Shown in pieces: positions 12,706 through 26,300 of a stretch of 64,000 bases of DNA (the first letter of the stretch is position 1; each line of letters starts with the position of its first letter). The notes under the pieces were generated by a model, which saw only the letters and a list, made by a program, of their open reading frames with translations, searched no databases and had not been told where the DNA came from. The position numbers were made by a program, and so were the translations under genes. Source of the stretch: Rhina ancylostomus (Eukaryota); NCBI GenBank assembly GCA_030265395.1, contig JARFYF010000022.1, forward strand, positions 32,880,700 through 32,944,699. Reading direction: 5' to 3'.

Positions 12706-14155
12706 GTAAGGAATTATTTTTACCACCTATGTGCTACTTTAGACCATTATCCATAAATGCACACTGATCCACTTGGCTTGACATCTATAGCTGAATGAAC
12801 TGGAAACCCAATCGCTCCTACGGGACTCATAAGAGTCTTCCAGTTTAATGTTGAAAATCCAAGGCTTTGTCAGCTGTCACATCCTGTAGCTGCGCACAGC
12901 ATCACAACTTGACAACCCAAGTGGATTTCTTTTCAAGAAACATCACAGAAAGTTACTGAGAGTGGAAATGGCAAATCTGCCAGAACATGGGAAATGGGTG
13001 TTCAGCGGAGACCAATATCCAGATTTTAAAAAGTTACTTCATCACCAGAAGTAGGGGAAATAAATCTTCAGCATGTCACGGCAATCTGTCCAGCTGTTTG
13101 CACGGCAGCCAAGGAATAATAGCAATCACTCTTAAACTTTAAGTGCATTGTTAGAAAGCAAACGTCAGGCTATTTATCATCAATCAACACTCTGAGTGTT
13201 CTTGTCTTTGATAAATGAAAGCTGATGGTGTCCACAGATTTTCCAAACCAAGGAAGGTAAAGCATATTGAGGGTGTGCTGAGACTCGAGGGGGGCGTGAG
13301 GGTCTGGAATCTTTTGATTATCATTTATTCCATTTGATATTCATACCAATCCAGCAAGCAACTGATTAATATTTAAAAATAAAATAGTGGTAATTTTGAT
13401 AAAGGGGTCAGTTTAACATGAGGTAAAATGAGGAAGTTGGTGATTCCTTGCCAAAATAAATATATTGGTTAAAGAAAAATCTGCAGAGTCTAAAACTAAA
13501 AACAGAGCAGGTCGGGAGCAATAATGGAGCACTAATTTTGGCCCATAGGAAGAGTGCATTCCTCAAACAGAGCGTTCCCATTCACAACATATCAGGCTAC
13601 TTAAGCCATCAGTTCCCGCATGCAGTGACATCTGGACAACACTTGGGATTGAGTTAATAAATAGCAATTAATGTCCTCACTAAACAGGTTCTAGTTGATG
13701 ATCATAGCTAACAAGGGAGGGTATAATCAATTCTCCCTGACACGGAATGGCAATGTCTTTTCAGAATCTCACTCCCTATACGCTAAAATCAGGAATTGGA
13801 GGAGATATCATTGAGGAGAAACTCAGTTGAGCAATCCACATAAAATGTGGTGGTGATAAGAGTAGGTTAAGGGTTGGATGTTATGCAGCAAGTGACTCCC
13901 TGGAGTCTTTTCTCCATCCAAAAGATACAATTTAATGGAATACTCTACGGCCCCAATGACACTCAAATGATTCAGGACAAAGCAGCCCACTGAATTGGTA
14001 CTCCATTTATAACCTTAAATATACTCTCCTACTATGGCAGTGGCAGCAGTGTGTAGCCTCCATAAAATGCACTGCAGCAATTTCCCATGGCTTCTTTGAC
14101 AGCATAATCAATAGAAGCAAGAGTCAGCTATTTGGCATCCAAACCTTGCTACACT

Positions 14156-14382
14156 GAACATAGAACTTAGTAAATACAGCACAGGAACAGGCCCTTGGCC
14201 CCAGGTCCGTGTTGGCCATGATGCCAATTTAAACTGGTCTCCCTATCTCTACAAGTGGTTTACCTCCCTCTATCCCCTGCCTGTTCATGTGCCTGTCTAA
14301 ATGCCTCTTAAATGTTTCTATCATATCTGCTTCCACCACCTTCCCTGGCAGTGTATTCTGGGCACCAACTCAAAAAAAAATA
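14156..14382 (-). mobile_element. CR1 3' fragment
   Basis: acagcacaggaacaggcccttggccc...ctaaatgcctcttaaatg...ccaccaccttccctggcag. Confidence 0.8.
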
Positions 14383-16323
14383 NNNNNNNNNNNNNNNNCA
14401 GTGGGTCAGGCAGCATCTGTGGAGGGAAATGAAAAGTCAATATTTCGGGCTGAGACCTTTCAACTGGACTGAGAGAGAGCGGAGATCGCTCACCTCTTTA
14501 TCCTGGCTGTCTCACCAACCCCCTGTCTTCCATCCTATCCCCATATCACTTGATTCCCCTAATGTTCAGAAGTCTATCAACCATTGTTATGAATGCAAAC
14601 AAGAACAGCCTCCATAACCCTCTGTGGCAGCAAATTGCAAATATTCACCAGCCTCAGAATGAAGACATTTCTCCTCATCCCAGTCCTAAATGGCCTTTCC
14701 CCTAATTTGAGACTGTAATTCCTGGTTCTGGACTCCATAGTCAGGGAAGCATTCTGCCCGCATTTATCCTGACGAGCCCTCCAAGTATTTTGTATTTCTC
14801 AATGTTATCACCTCTCATTCTTCTCAACAAGCAAATTGAAGCAAAGTCTAATCAATCTGTCCTCCCATCACAAGGACCTGTCTGATGAACCTTCTCTGCA
14901 CTCCCTATATAGCAAATATAACCTGCTTTAGGTAAGGAGACCAAAAGTGAACATGTCCAGGTGTCATCACAATTGTCCAGAGTGTCATGGATGGCAGAAG
15001 CATAGGACTGGTGCCACTTGCAAGTTCCCTCCATGTCACATGCTATCCTCACTTGAACACATTGTCATTCCTGCTTCAATCTGATGGAAATGCCTTTGGA
15101 AACGAGGTCTGTGCTTGGGCAGAAGTAATTGAATGACAATAGACATGAGGATGCAGCACACAAGGGAATGGGAATGGGTCTAGAGGAGATGTAAATGAGG
15201 ATAGCTAAAACAGTGTCTGAATCCAACTGAGTGTACCTCACCATCTCCATCTGCCTGTTAGTACACAAAAACTCCAGACTTGTATAAATCCAGTGTTATG
15301 CGCCTGCTGAGAGAGAAATCTGGAATGACACAGCTCTGCACAGCAACAGAACCTTGTACAATGTGTTCATGTGAGGGGACCAGAATGAGTCCCACCCATG
15401 AAACAGCCAAGAATGTCTTTGACAGCTGAAGGCCCTTGATGCTCACATTAAAAACCTTAATAAAAATCAATAGAATAATTACTTAAGTTTAATTAAACTT
15501 AATTAAAAATGAAATCAAATTAGTTGACTACGTCACGTTTTCTGCAGGACTCCAGCAGGGTTTAATTGTAGGACACATCTCGTAAATAGTGAGTCAAATG
15601 TGGTCAGCAAGTCCAGGCCTCCAGCATTTGCATGCAAGTCCTTAATTTTGCAGCACCACAAGGTTAATTACTGGCAATTCCACGTGGATGCTTCCTGACT
15701 TATTGAATATTTACAGTACTTTATGTTCTCATTACAAATTTCCAGCATCCGTAGCATTTTGCTTTCACATAAATTTGAATTGTTGTCATTGTCACCCAGA
15801 AACAAAAGTGCATTTTTATTTCTTTGAAANNNNNNNNNNNNNNNNNNNNNNNNNNNNNNNNNNNNNNNNNNNNNNNNNNNNNNNNNNNNNNNNNNNNNNN
15901 NNNNNNNNNNNNNNNNNNNNNNNNNNNNNNNNNNNNNNNNNNNNNNNNNNNNNNNNNNNNNNNNNNNNNNNNNNNNNNNNNNNNNNNNNNNNNNNNNNNN
16001 NNNNNNNNNNNNNNNNNNNNNNNNNNNNNNNNNNNNNNNNNNNNNNNNNNNNNNNNNNNNNNNNNNNNNNNNNNNNNNNNNNNNNNNNNCTGACTTGTTG
16101 TCATCTCCAAACATGTGATCAACTTATCTCAACCACAGCATGATTGAAAGTCAAGAAATGCTTGTTCGAAATAACAAAGCATTAAGATAACCCAATTCCT
16201 GCTCTTTGAAATCCAAGACAGATGTTTGCAAATGACTGGTTTCGTACTTGGCTGAAGATCATCCCTTAATGTTTCAGTAATGAGATGTTTTCTCTTTCCC
16301 CCAATATATCTATCTTTATCCAG

Positions 16324-16422
16324 GATACTGATGGACTGAAAATAGGTGTCTGTGACCTCATCAATCAGTGGGTTAGCAAGAACCCAGAGTCCAGTGTCAA
16401 GTCCAGTCCCTCCAAGCCTGTA
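16324..16422 (+). CDS. LSP1: LSP1 caldesmon-like coding exon (DTDGLKIGVCDLINQWVSKNPESSVKSSPSKPV), phase 0/0
   Basis: ctttatccAG acceptor and GTA|gtaagt donor; 99 nt in frame. Resembles caldesmon ETAGLKVGVSSRINEWLTKTPDGNKSPAPKPS. Confidence 0.88.
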
Positions 16423-19400
16423 GTAAGTAAAACTTTCCACCCTCCCCAATCTGTAGTTAACTTATCATTTCACTAGTAAATGTTTATCATAAAATACATT
16501 ACTGCAAGGTGACAGTTTCTCTTATGCATCACATTTTTGTACTGACACTATTCTCAAGAGATTCAGGCACATTTAAGTAGGAATGAATGTTAATAAGTGT
16601 GTGATATTGTAGCTCGTACAACACAAACTGATATTTTCATTTGCCCCAAATCATAAGCATGATTAAAACTTAAACATCAAAAACAGTTGAAGATTGATTG
16701 GTTTAACTTTTTAACTTGCATTACTTTAATATTAATATTAACCTATTTCATTCAAAGTTTTACTGCAACATTAAAATAATGCTGAAGGGAAAATCTAGGC
16801 AATTAATCAGGTCCAACAAACTTGTTGGTTATTAGTGTTTTTGGTATTTTGGGAATAGGATACCAACCATTGTTTCCAATTAGAAATGGAATTAGAAACA
16901 TCTTCACGTCAATCTCTAGTCAGCACAGAGACTACAATTAGATTCAGATGGCTCCTGCTGGAATGTACTTGAACATGGATGTCAGACAATCCTTGCAGTC
17001 AGACAATGTGTTGCATTCAGTGTCTTGGCTCATGCATGAAGCAGGCCCATCTGGTGAGGGTTGCAGAGAATGTCCTACATATGCAAAGACATGCCTCACC
17101 CTGGGTTAGTGTCTGTAGGAGAGGAGCAGAAAATATTGAGAAGGAAAAAAATTGCAAGTTGTATGACCTTTCAGAGAATTTGTGAGCCTAGAAGAAAGTC
17201 TTTTTTGCCTCAGTTTTTCCACAGAATTGTGAAAATTCCACAGAATTTCCACAAAAAGTGAACTTTGCTGTGCTAACTACACAGGTGTGATTGAATGGAA
17301 GGCATTGGGAGGGGGTGTGATTTGTTGTTGTTAAAAATAACCATAGAATCTTGAGATCATCATCCAGAAATCTTATGAGTCATACCAACAGTTTCCCTTA
17401 ATGTATCCCAGTAATTTAAAAAAATAATTCCAGCAAAGTCCACCATTACCTCAAGGATTTTGCTTAGATTGTAGATTACAGACTCTACATAGACGACAGA
17501 GAAAATGGAACATATGTTGTAAATTCTGAATTACATAGTTGAATTGTGTTTTAGTCAAAGGATTCAGAGATAGACTACATCATGAAAATGCTGCAAATGG
17601 ATAGCAAGTCTGGCAGCATTCAAGCCACAGAAAAAACAGGTTAACATAATAGGCATTAAATACATAGTCTTCATTATTTACCTGTCTTCTCCTTTACACA
17701 TTGATTCCAGTAATTTTTGTCTGTTTTTTTCAGATTTCCACCTAGTGAACTCCATGTCTAAATGATATTCAGGGCTGAGCTAAAGGCTGGAATTTTATTG
17801 AGGGATGAATAGTTAAACGTGTGTAAGAGTTGAGGTGGCAGGGGGTGGGCTCCATTTCAGTGCATCAATTTATCTGTTTTTAGAGTTTTTCATTAACTGT
17901 TGTTAACAACTACAGGGTGAGCTGTGTGACTTGAACCATAATCCAATGTGTCAAGTTTTGGTTTATCAGTAGGGCAGGTGAGTTAGAAGGTTCTGGGATC
18001 GAGCTACTGACCAAGACTTGTTCTTTCCATGTAGGCTGTCAGCCCAGTGTAGAACTGAGGGGGAATGGGTTTTTGCTGAGATGTAGCCAAGGTTCTGCCC
18101 CTTCAGTTATCCAGTCTTCCTGGACCAGTGCTATGTTTAAAAAAAAAGTTAATTGATCAATTTACTGTGTATGGACACTGCTGATGAAGAGAGAATATTG
18201 AATTTGATGATGAGTAACAGTCACAACACCTGAATTCCAGATCTCTTTTAGACACGAATCTTATTCATTCCATGGAAAAAGGAAGCAATTTTCAGCCCAT
18301 GTTAGTTGCCTTAAGTCTATTGAGCAAAAAACATTGTTTTTCACCTTGTATGTATTCATTCTTTTTCTTCTCTTCAGGCTCTCTCCAAATCTTGGATTTG
18401 CTTTGCCTCTGACTAACTCCTCTTCTTCTGCATCTTCTGTACCTTTTCTTAAATCCTCCTGTACACTGGCTTCTCAGAAGGTAATTTTTCTGTGGACTTT
18501 TAACTAACTGCAAGGCGTGTTGAAAGGTGGCCAGTTTGGCATGTGTGACGAATGTAATAGCAGAGACATGGCTGTACTGGAGCTGAGTGTGCATTCCTTT
18601 CTATTCATTAGGGTTTCCTGGGGTTTTTGTTGCGAAATACCCTGAGGATATTCTATTCAACATCATTGCAGGTCCTTTTTCAGTCTTAAGAACAAATTCT
18701 TTTGGGATTTTCTAGGTCATTTTGTAGATGTTTCTAAGTGAAACCCCCGTGGGTTGTGATCTCCAGTGATGTTTCACATTATCAGACAGAGAAGTTACTG
18801 TGGGAGTGAGAGCAGTGATTTCTGTGCACAATATCTTCTTTGTAGCAAGGACAAGGAAAAGACCCAGATAGCACTGTTTTCCCTCATTTTCCCATCCAAG
18901 AGGCATTCTCTGTGTGTGAACAGTTTCAATTAATGTGTGTTCATCACACCCGAGGTCCATCCTGTCCTCAACTGGCATTCTTTTATGGATACTTCAACTA
19001 GTTGCTAGTCTCCAGCTATTCCACCACACTTCCTTCGCAGCTCAAAGTAATGCATCTTGCTGTTGCACCCATGTCAGTGTCTTTACCGATTTACAATGAT
19101 TGGATTCTGGACTTTTGTTGTAATTTGCCAATGGCATTCTGTCTCTGGGTGCATCTCTGGCACTGAATCCAGCTGTGCTCGCCTCTTGTGCTGGTTAAGG
19201 GAATCCTAAGGCATTATGACACCATTGCCACTCCACTCCCCCCCCCCCACCCCCCCCATCTGCCTAGCACCACCCTCACCTGGATCCACTTATCACCTGT
19301 CAGCTCTTGCTCCACCCCTTCCCTCCACCTTTTAATTATGGCCACCTCCCCACTATCTTTCAGCCCAGATGAAGGGTCTTGATCCAAAGGGTCGACTGTC

Positions 19401-21919
19401 CATTTCCCTCAAAAGATGCTGCCTGACCTGCTGAGTTCCTCCACCTCTTTGTGTGTTATCCTAAGTGATTGTAGTACTGGCATTAGATTTGAGTAAAATA
19501 TATGCTTGGTCTTAAGTCCACAATCATTCAGTTCAAAGTAGCTGTTTGTTTGCATGCCTACATGTACTTTGCCAGCTTTATTATTCAAGGATTACTGAAG
19601 CTCTTTGAAAATATAGCAACTGATAAATTATTTCCGACATTGCTGATCGTAAGTGGGGCTGTTCTTGCATCACTGTTTAAGCAACATTCAATTTCAGTTT
19701 ATGGGGAACAGAAATGTGCAGAAATGAGTTTAACTGCAGAAACAATCTGTAATTTTACATGTTATACACCTTGTATTATGTGGTAAATTATAAATGTTAT
19801 AAAAGACCTTTTAAAGTTATTTGAGGCACCTTTGGTTATTTTTGGGAGCTGCTGAAAAATTTGTAAATTTTCAGACTCTGTCCCCATTCTGTGACTGGGA
19901 GGTGGTCTGGGCTGGTGGGTAATCTCCATGAATGTTGTTCTTCAGTATACCACAATGAGGTGGTTAAGAAGCACCCACAGTGACTCTTGTGACTCTTTCA
20001 CTTTCCAGTGCGGGACATTACCTGGAAAGTGTTTAGCCTCTTCATGCCTTCCTACCCCAACAGCACATCTGAGACCAGGGACCATTCTTTACCATTCCAT
20101 TTGCCCTTCCAAATGGACATTAGAAAGACCACAGGTAACCAAAGTACTGACCCAAGGCCAAGTTATCACCCAGCTTAAGCTTTTGATGAACTTCAGCTGG
20201 AGTTGTTTTGATCTGGAGAAATTGGGTGAGGCCATGAATGGGAATGTTGATGTTGCCTCAGTTTGATATGTCCAGTGAATTCTTCAGATTCCGTTGTTGG
20301 CCACCCTAATATCAGCCAACACAAATTACATCTACGGACCTCTGATCTATTGCCTTAGCTTTCGTAAACTTGGCACAAGTGACTGATCACATTCCAGGTT
20401 AAATTCATCAGTATTTCTGGGTCTTTGGGAAGGCCTTCTAAGTTAACCTTTGTGCATATAACACTAATAAATACCAGTGTTGTTCACAGCTAATTGGGCG
20501 ATTCACACAATAAATAAAAACAGCCTGAAAGAAAACACTTGCCCACAGTACATTTTTAAATTATACTTGACTTTAGTGCTTGCGACATAAATTCTTTTGC
20601 ATAGTTTTAGGAATTTCTTGAAAGAATTTAATCTGAAGCCTGATCTCTAAGCACAATTACATTCCATGTGTACGGGTTGTGCGTTTTTCCAAATTTTTTT
20701 CAAGCCTTCCATGTGAATTGGCATCCATTCACATGGAGATCATTAGACATGTGCAGTGACAACAAATTGTGTGTGGTGATGATGTAAGCCTTTTTCAATC
20801 GAGGATTGCTGCTGGAGGGGAGTGCGACTGCACAGAACAAGCATAGACACATTGCAATATGCAAGTTTAACATACCATTATATTGTGCTGAGAAACGGAG
20901 GCACTTTCTTTCTGGTAGACCTGCTTTCAAGTGTATTAATGGAATTGCAAGAAGATACCAACCTTGAGTATGTTTAAGCAAAGTTTGTTTTTGGTTTTGT
21001 TCAAAAGCAATTTCACAGGACAAAGGTAGATTTTGGATTCACTGATATCCACACAAGCCTGAGCAGAAACTTGAGTCTCTTCTTGAAACCCATACAAGAT
21101 TTGCTGATGGCAACCAAAATGCAAACTTTTGGCCTGGTGCTCTATTGTTTTAAGGCAAATTACAATACCCAGCCATAGTGCTTTGGGATCTAAAGCAGGC
21201 AGCTGGATGATATTTCCTTCACCTAGCCCCTATTGTATTAAATAAAAAGAAAGCTGTGTTGCTTTCATATGAGGAGACAGGAAATATATTCACTTTCTCC
21301 TTAAAGCCAAAGAAATGCCACTTCATTCCCTCAGCAGGACTTCAATTCAGTGGTCTAGAAATTAAGAAATTCAGCACCGTCTGAAAATCTATTTTTTCTT
21401 CTCCTGGAGGTATGCGATGAGGATTCCTTCCAGGTTAAATTGAGCCGCTCTGAAAATTCAATTGGGAAGTCCTAGTTGCAAATCACCCTCATGCATCCAA
21501 TGTGATTTCCATATCCGATGCACATGGATTGATGGTGTTCCCCTTCCCACACTTCTATTTGGGCATTTCCCAGGAAATGAAGTGTACATTGCTCTGCAGA
21601 TTTGGCCAGGATTCCTCTCAGTTAAGTCCCATTGTCCACCCTTCTGCTCCATAAGGCCCCCAGCTCTTTCCAAGATATCAACTTCCCACACACTGATCTT
21701 ACCCCAGGATCCCTGACTGAGGCCCCAATTCCTCCACACCAGCCAAATGAGCCAGTGTTCCCTTACACAGCTTCCTGAAGCATCAATGAAGTAACAGAAA
21801 TACCTCAGGAAATTTCGAATGTTTGGGGCAGTGAAGGCTCAAGATTGAAGGAAGGTGGGAGTTCTTCGCCACCCTCACACACTCTCATTTGCTTTGAATT
21901 TCCAATGATGTTTATCAAA

Positions 21920-22272
21920 GGGTGGCACAGTGGTGCATCTAGTACACTTGTTGCTGCACACTGCCAGTGACCCACATTCAGTTCTGACCTCTGGTACTGT
22001 CTATGTGGAGTTTGCTCATCCTCGGTGTCACTGATTGGGTTTTCTTTGGATGCTCCAGTTTCCTCGCAGGTCCCAAAAATGTGTGGGTTGGTAGGTTAAT
22101 CATCCATTGAAAATTGCCCCTAGTGTGTCAGTGACAGAATCTGGGGTAAGCTGATGGGAATGTGGGGGGAATAAAATTAACCTAGCGTAGGATTAGTATA
22201 AAGATGCATGCTCAATGGTCAGTGTGGACCCAGTAGGCTGAAGCACGTGTTTCCGTGCTTAACTCCCTATCA
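21920..22272 (+). mobile_element. Older V-SINE (HE1-like) with CR1-type tail
   Basis: ggtggcacagtgg head, gtggagtttgc V-domain, aaattgcccctagtgtgt, tail ggctgaagcacgtgtttccgtgct. Confidence 0.75.
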
Positions 22273-24316
22273 CTAAAGCTTAGTTAAACCTTGCAAATAG
22301 TTTATTCACAACTTTTAAATTGAAGTTATAATGCTGTTTCATGCCAATACAGGGCCTTACAGAATAATGTCAAGGTTTATTGTGTTCATGTCTGGACAGT
22401 TCCACCCCCACAATCCTTCACTTTGCTCAGTTCCAGGGGATATTCAGTTACCCAGGTTCAGTTTGTATAACTGTATTTTAAAATTCTCAGGTGCACATCT
22501 AAAATGCTTCAGGTTTTTGTTGTGCTTTTGCAATGTAAATCCCTCCTAATGTGGAACTCTTTGAACGTCTCTAAACAAAGCTTTAACCTTTCACTTGAAT
22601 GAGTTTCTAGCCCACCAGTATTGTGTGGTGATGTTTCTTCCCATGGCCACGAGGAGGCCACAACAGGAGACGAAGGACACCCCAGCCAGCCCTTACCACC
22701 TGGATGTAGTGAGGATGTCGCANNNNNNNNNNNNNNNNNNNNNNNNNNNNNNNNNNNACGGACGGGGGTAGCTGATTGGGGGGGGGGGGGCGCAAGTATA
22801 TGTCTTGGGACTCTACTGCCAATTTGCTGTGTCAGTCTACAAAATGGAACGTAAAGTAGAGAAAAATCTGTTCCATTATGTTCTCTGAGTTGAAGGCTTT
22901 TGTGGCTGCTTGTTGATACAGTGAAGTCCCTCCTACAGATGCTTGCTGGAGACCTATGTAATTAATGCACAGTTCAACAAGAAGTACCTAATGCTAAAAA
23001 TAGTGATATTGAAGTGTTCCAACTGGGATATTGTTTTTATATGTTGTAAAACGTCTGTTGTAGTTTTATTTTTATAAAATGTGTTCACTGGTCAGCCTTG
23101 GTATGGATCGTAGACTGCTCAGTGCAGGTCACAATTCCCTGATCCATGGATCTGTGTCCTGAAGCTGCAGTTGGTCCTGGTACTGGATCAGGACCACGGA
23201 TGTCAGCAGGGCTCATCCATGGTGCCCCCAACCCGGATCCATGCTTGGGATATTCCCTGGGAGACCCACCCCTGTATGCTCCCATACCCCCATACAGTTT
23301 GTTCAATCAAACTGTCTTCCCCTCCACCCTATTTGATCTCGTCTCCATGGCAATGGGAATTGTGCCTATCAAGCAAATGGCAGTGCGTGCAAAACACTTT
23401 TTCTTTCCGTAAACCTTTGCATTGGCACATCATGTGCTTCAGGCGAAGGCACACTTAGCTTTTTTATGATGCATTATTTTTGTCACGTGGTGCCCGAGGG
23501 CATATAAATAAATGATAAGTCAGACACAGACATGACATCACAGATCTTTGAGACTCCTAGTGTTTCCTGCCAGCATTAATCATGTCAACACAGAGACAAA
23601 TAAACAGATTATCTAAAGTACACAAGTCAATTCAAGAGTAATATAGAAATTTTCTCTCCAACCCACGTGGTGACTAAAGACAAATTCTGGAGATCAGAGT
23701 ATTTATGAGGTCCAAACTCTGTATGTTCTGAAATCCAAATGTTCTGTAGGTAACAGAGTCCAGGGGCAAAACATTATGAAATCAGAATTAAAGTTGGGTT
23801 GATCTGGTCCTTCCGAACTCCTTTTTAAAATAATGATTTTAGTGGATTGGCAAACTGATATTTTACCTGGAGCAATCTCTTCCTTGTGAGACCCACATGC
23901 CAGCAGCAGCTCCCATCAGCCCTCGTATGGTTCTGAGAGAGAGGGAGCTTAAGGGTTAAAGTGAGGGAGTCTGTGGGAGGATAAGAGGAGATGAGAAAGT
24001 AGTGTGTAAGTGGAGGAGAATACTCCAAGTGAAAGGGTTCAGGGGCAGCAGATGTGAGAGGTCATGGAGGATGGGCAAATGGGGATGGGAAGCAAGGAGG
24101 GAACCATTGGCCAAGGGTGTGTGTGTGTGTCTCAGAGAAAGAGAGAGAAAAACAGACAGAGGGAAAGAGTAAGTGTACCAATAAACACTAGTGAGTGATG
24201 GGTGAATTTAGTAGTTCTCACATTGAAAGATTTTTGTCAATGTGCCCTTTACTGAAAAACAGTGAAGAACACTGATCTAAAGACTGGATTCACTGCAAAC
24301 CTAATGAGTGCAGGTG

Positions 24317-24408
24317 TCCCTGTCTGTCTGTCCCTGTCTGTCTGTCCCTGTCTGTCTGTCTGTTTCTCTCTGTGTCTGTCTGTCTCTCTGTGTCTGTCTG
24401 TCTCTCTC
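24317..24408. repeat. (CTGT)n/(CT)n compound microsatellite
   Basis: Directly visible. Confidence 0.9.
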
Positions 24409-24699
24409 CCAAAAGAAAAGTGAGAATGTAGCATTATACAATTAAAATGCAATGTTTTGCTTTCAAAATCAAACCTACAACATAATTTTTAGATTTGGAA
24501 GACTCAGTGACCTGAGTCAAAAAACTGAGGTTCATTGAAAATCAGCCTCTTGAGACAGTACATGAATACAAAATCTGATTCTTTTCACAGAGGAAGGAGA
24601 TCAGTAATTTATTGTTCCTTTGTGTTATTCAAGCTGGAAATATTCCCACGTAAAATAACCCCACACAGAGTGAGAGCATGGCTTGAGGCTGTAAGGCAA

Positions 24700-24718
24700 T
24701 AGCACCCTCTTCTGGTCA
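24700..24718 (-). promoter_or_regulatory. CTCF-like motif TGACCAGAAGAGGGTGCTA
   Basis: Close match to the CCAGNAGAGGGCGC core; CCGGAAG and ATTGG follow within 50 bp. Confidence 0.5.
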
Positions 24719-25802
24719 CATGTACTGGTTGCACATAGGACAACCGGAAGGTGTTCTTTCATTGGCTGCACTTCAAGGCAGAGAGAAAATTAGTGTTTAG
24801 CAGCTTGCCAGAATAAAGAATTTCTTGTTCCAACAAATGCATCAGAATAGCTTTGGGATCTGAGGTTAATGGTTTCCTGTGGCATTCCAGGACATTACCT
24901 GTGTGGGCGCTGAGTTTTGGAAATATAACTTGCTTATAATGTAAAAATGAAGACCTGGTCCCAAAGAGAACAGGATGATATTCCAACATAACTTATCTCC
25001 ACCAGTGCTACCCAAATCAGAGCAGTTGTATGATCATTGTTTACATATTGGAAACAACTTGCTGAAGCTCTGGAGGGAAAAAATCATCGTATCTGAAGTG
25101 TGCTGGATAAATCCAAGTCATTTTTGTTTTCTTTTGTTACTCAGCTTCAAAAACTGAAATCTGAAGAGTTAAAGAGTCCACTTTATTTAGACTGAACAAT
25201 CTCCATGGTGCAGACTGAGTTTTATCGATATGTTATTTCAGCATGCTCTAAAATAAAGTTTTAACTGCTATGTTATTTGGCATTGCTTTAAGTGTTGGAA
25301 TAATTCATGACACAAGTCTTGTAAAATATTTTATACAATCTGAATGCATGAATGTTTGAGAATATATTGGATCTATCATCAGTTAAGACCAATTACATTG
25401 GCTTGAATTTTTATGCACTGACTTAAGTTATTTTGCTTCAAGATAACATATCTGAAACAAAATATTAGTTTAAAGCATTGAATTGCCATTATATGTTCTG
25501 TGAATCCAGAACCTGGGCCAATTAGCAGGCAATTTTTAACTACTGCTCCTTTAGTTGAAGAGTTTATTTGGCAAAATAGTTATTTGAGTATTTTGTTGTA
25601 CTCTAGAAAAAGCAGTACTTTGTCACCAAAGTGTTGTCATGGCCCATTGTATTATTTTATGTGCAAAGTAAATCAGACTTTATTAAAGATCGTATTGATA
25701 CCTGTCATATCCGTAATATTTCCATCAGAAGGTTAAGCACATCCAACGAAGTCATGGGTTTCAGGTTGTTACAATTAATGTTGTATCATTGTACTTCTAT
25801 AG

Positions 25803-25895
25803 GAAATTAAGGCAGGGGATGTGAGGAGCAAAAAGAATATTTGGGAAAACAAGAGTGATTCCCATTCTTTCACCAAACTACCAAATGCTGGAAAG
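25803..25895 (+). CDS. LSP1: LSP1 coding exon (EIKAGDVRSKKNIWENKSDSHSFTKLPNAGK), phase 0/0
   Basis: cttctatAG acceptor and AAG|gtgagt donor. Matches LSP1 DIVAGDMSKKSLWEQK and caldesmon DLRPGDVSSKRNLWEK. Confidence 0.93.
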
Positions 25896-26009
25896 GTGAG
25901 TAAACTAGCTGTTATCTCATTGTCAGGAAGACTTTAGAAACAAAAACAAACATAGTGTGAGAGCACTTCATATAGGTTACAGTAGTCGTTAAGTGACAAG
26001 CAGACAAGT

Positions 26010-26300
26010 ACTGGGCCACTGATCCAGATGTGAATTTGAATAATCAGCTATGGATTTTAAATTCAAGTAACTGAATAAAATGTGGAATTCTAAAACAAAG
26101 CTATGCTCTGTAATGGAATTGCTGAAGCATCACCAAAACCCATCTGGTTCACTTTAACCCCAAGGAAAGGAAATCTGGCATCCTGATCCATTCTAGAACA
26201 TGCGTGACTCTAAACTCATCAATATGGTTGATTGTTAACTATAGTTTCAGTTCAGGGCAAATAGGGGTAGACAACATATACATCAAGTGAATAAATAAGA
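26010..26300 (+). mobile_element. Ancient SINE-like repeat, second copy at about 56370-56730
   Basis: Both copies share tttaaattcaagtaa, ggaaatctgg..tcct, catcaat.tggtt; family not named. Confidence 0.5.

Noticed and set aside
23085-23458. GC-richer overlapping ORFs of 73-95 aa
   Set aside because: No recognisable domain or splice context; probably an unclassified repeat fragment.
11504-25895. Calling the plus-strand gene caldesmon (CALD1)
   Set aside because: The RTESLNRS exon, the RYKFVTTGHGKYEK terminus and the adjacent PRR33 all indicate LSP1.
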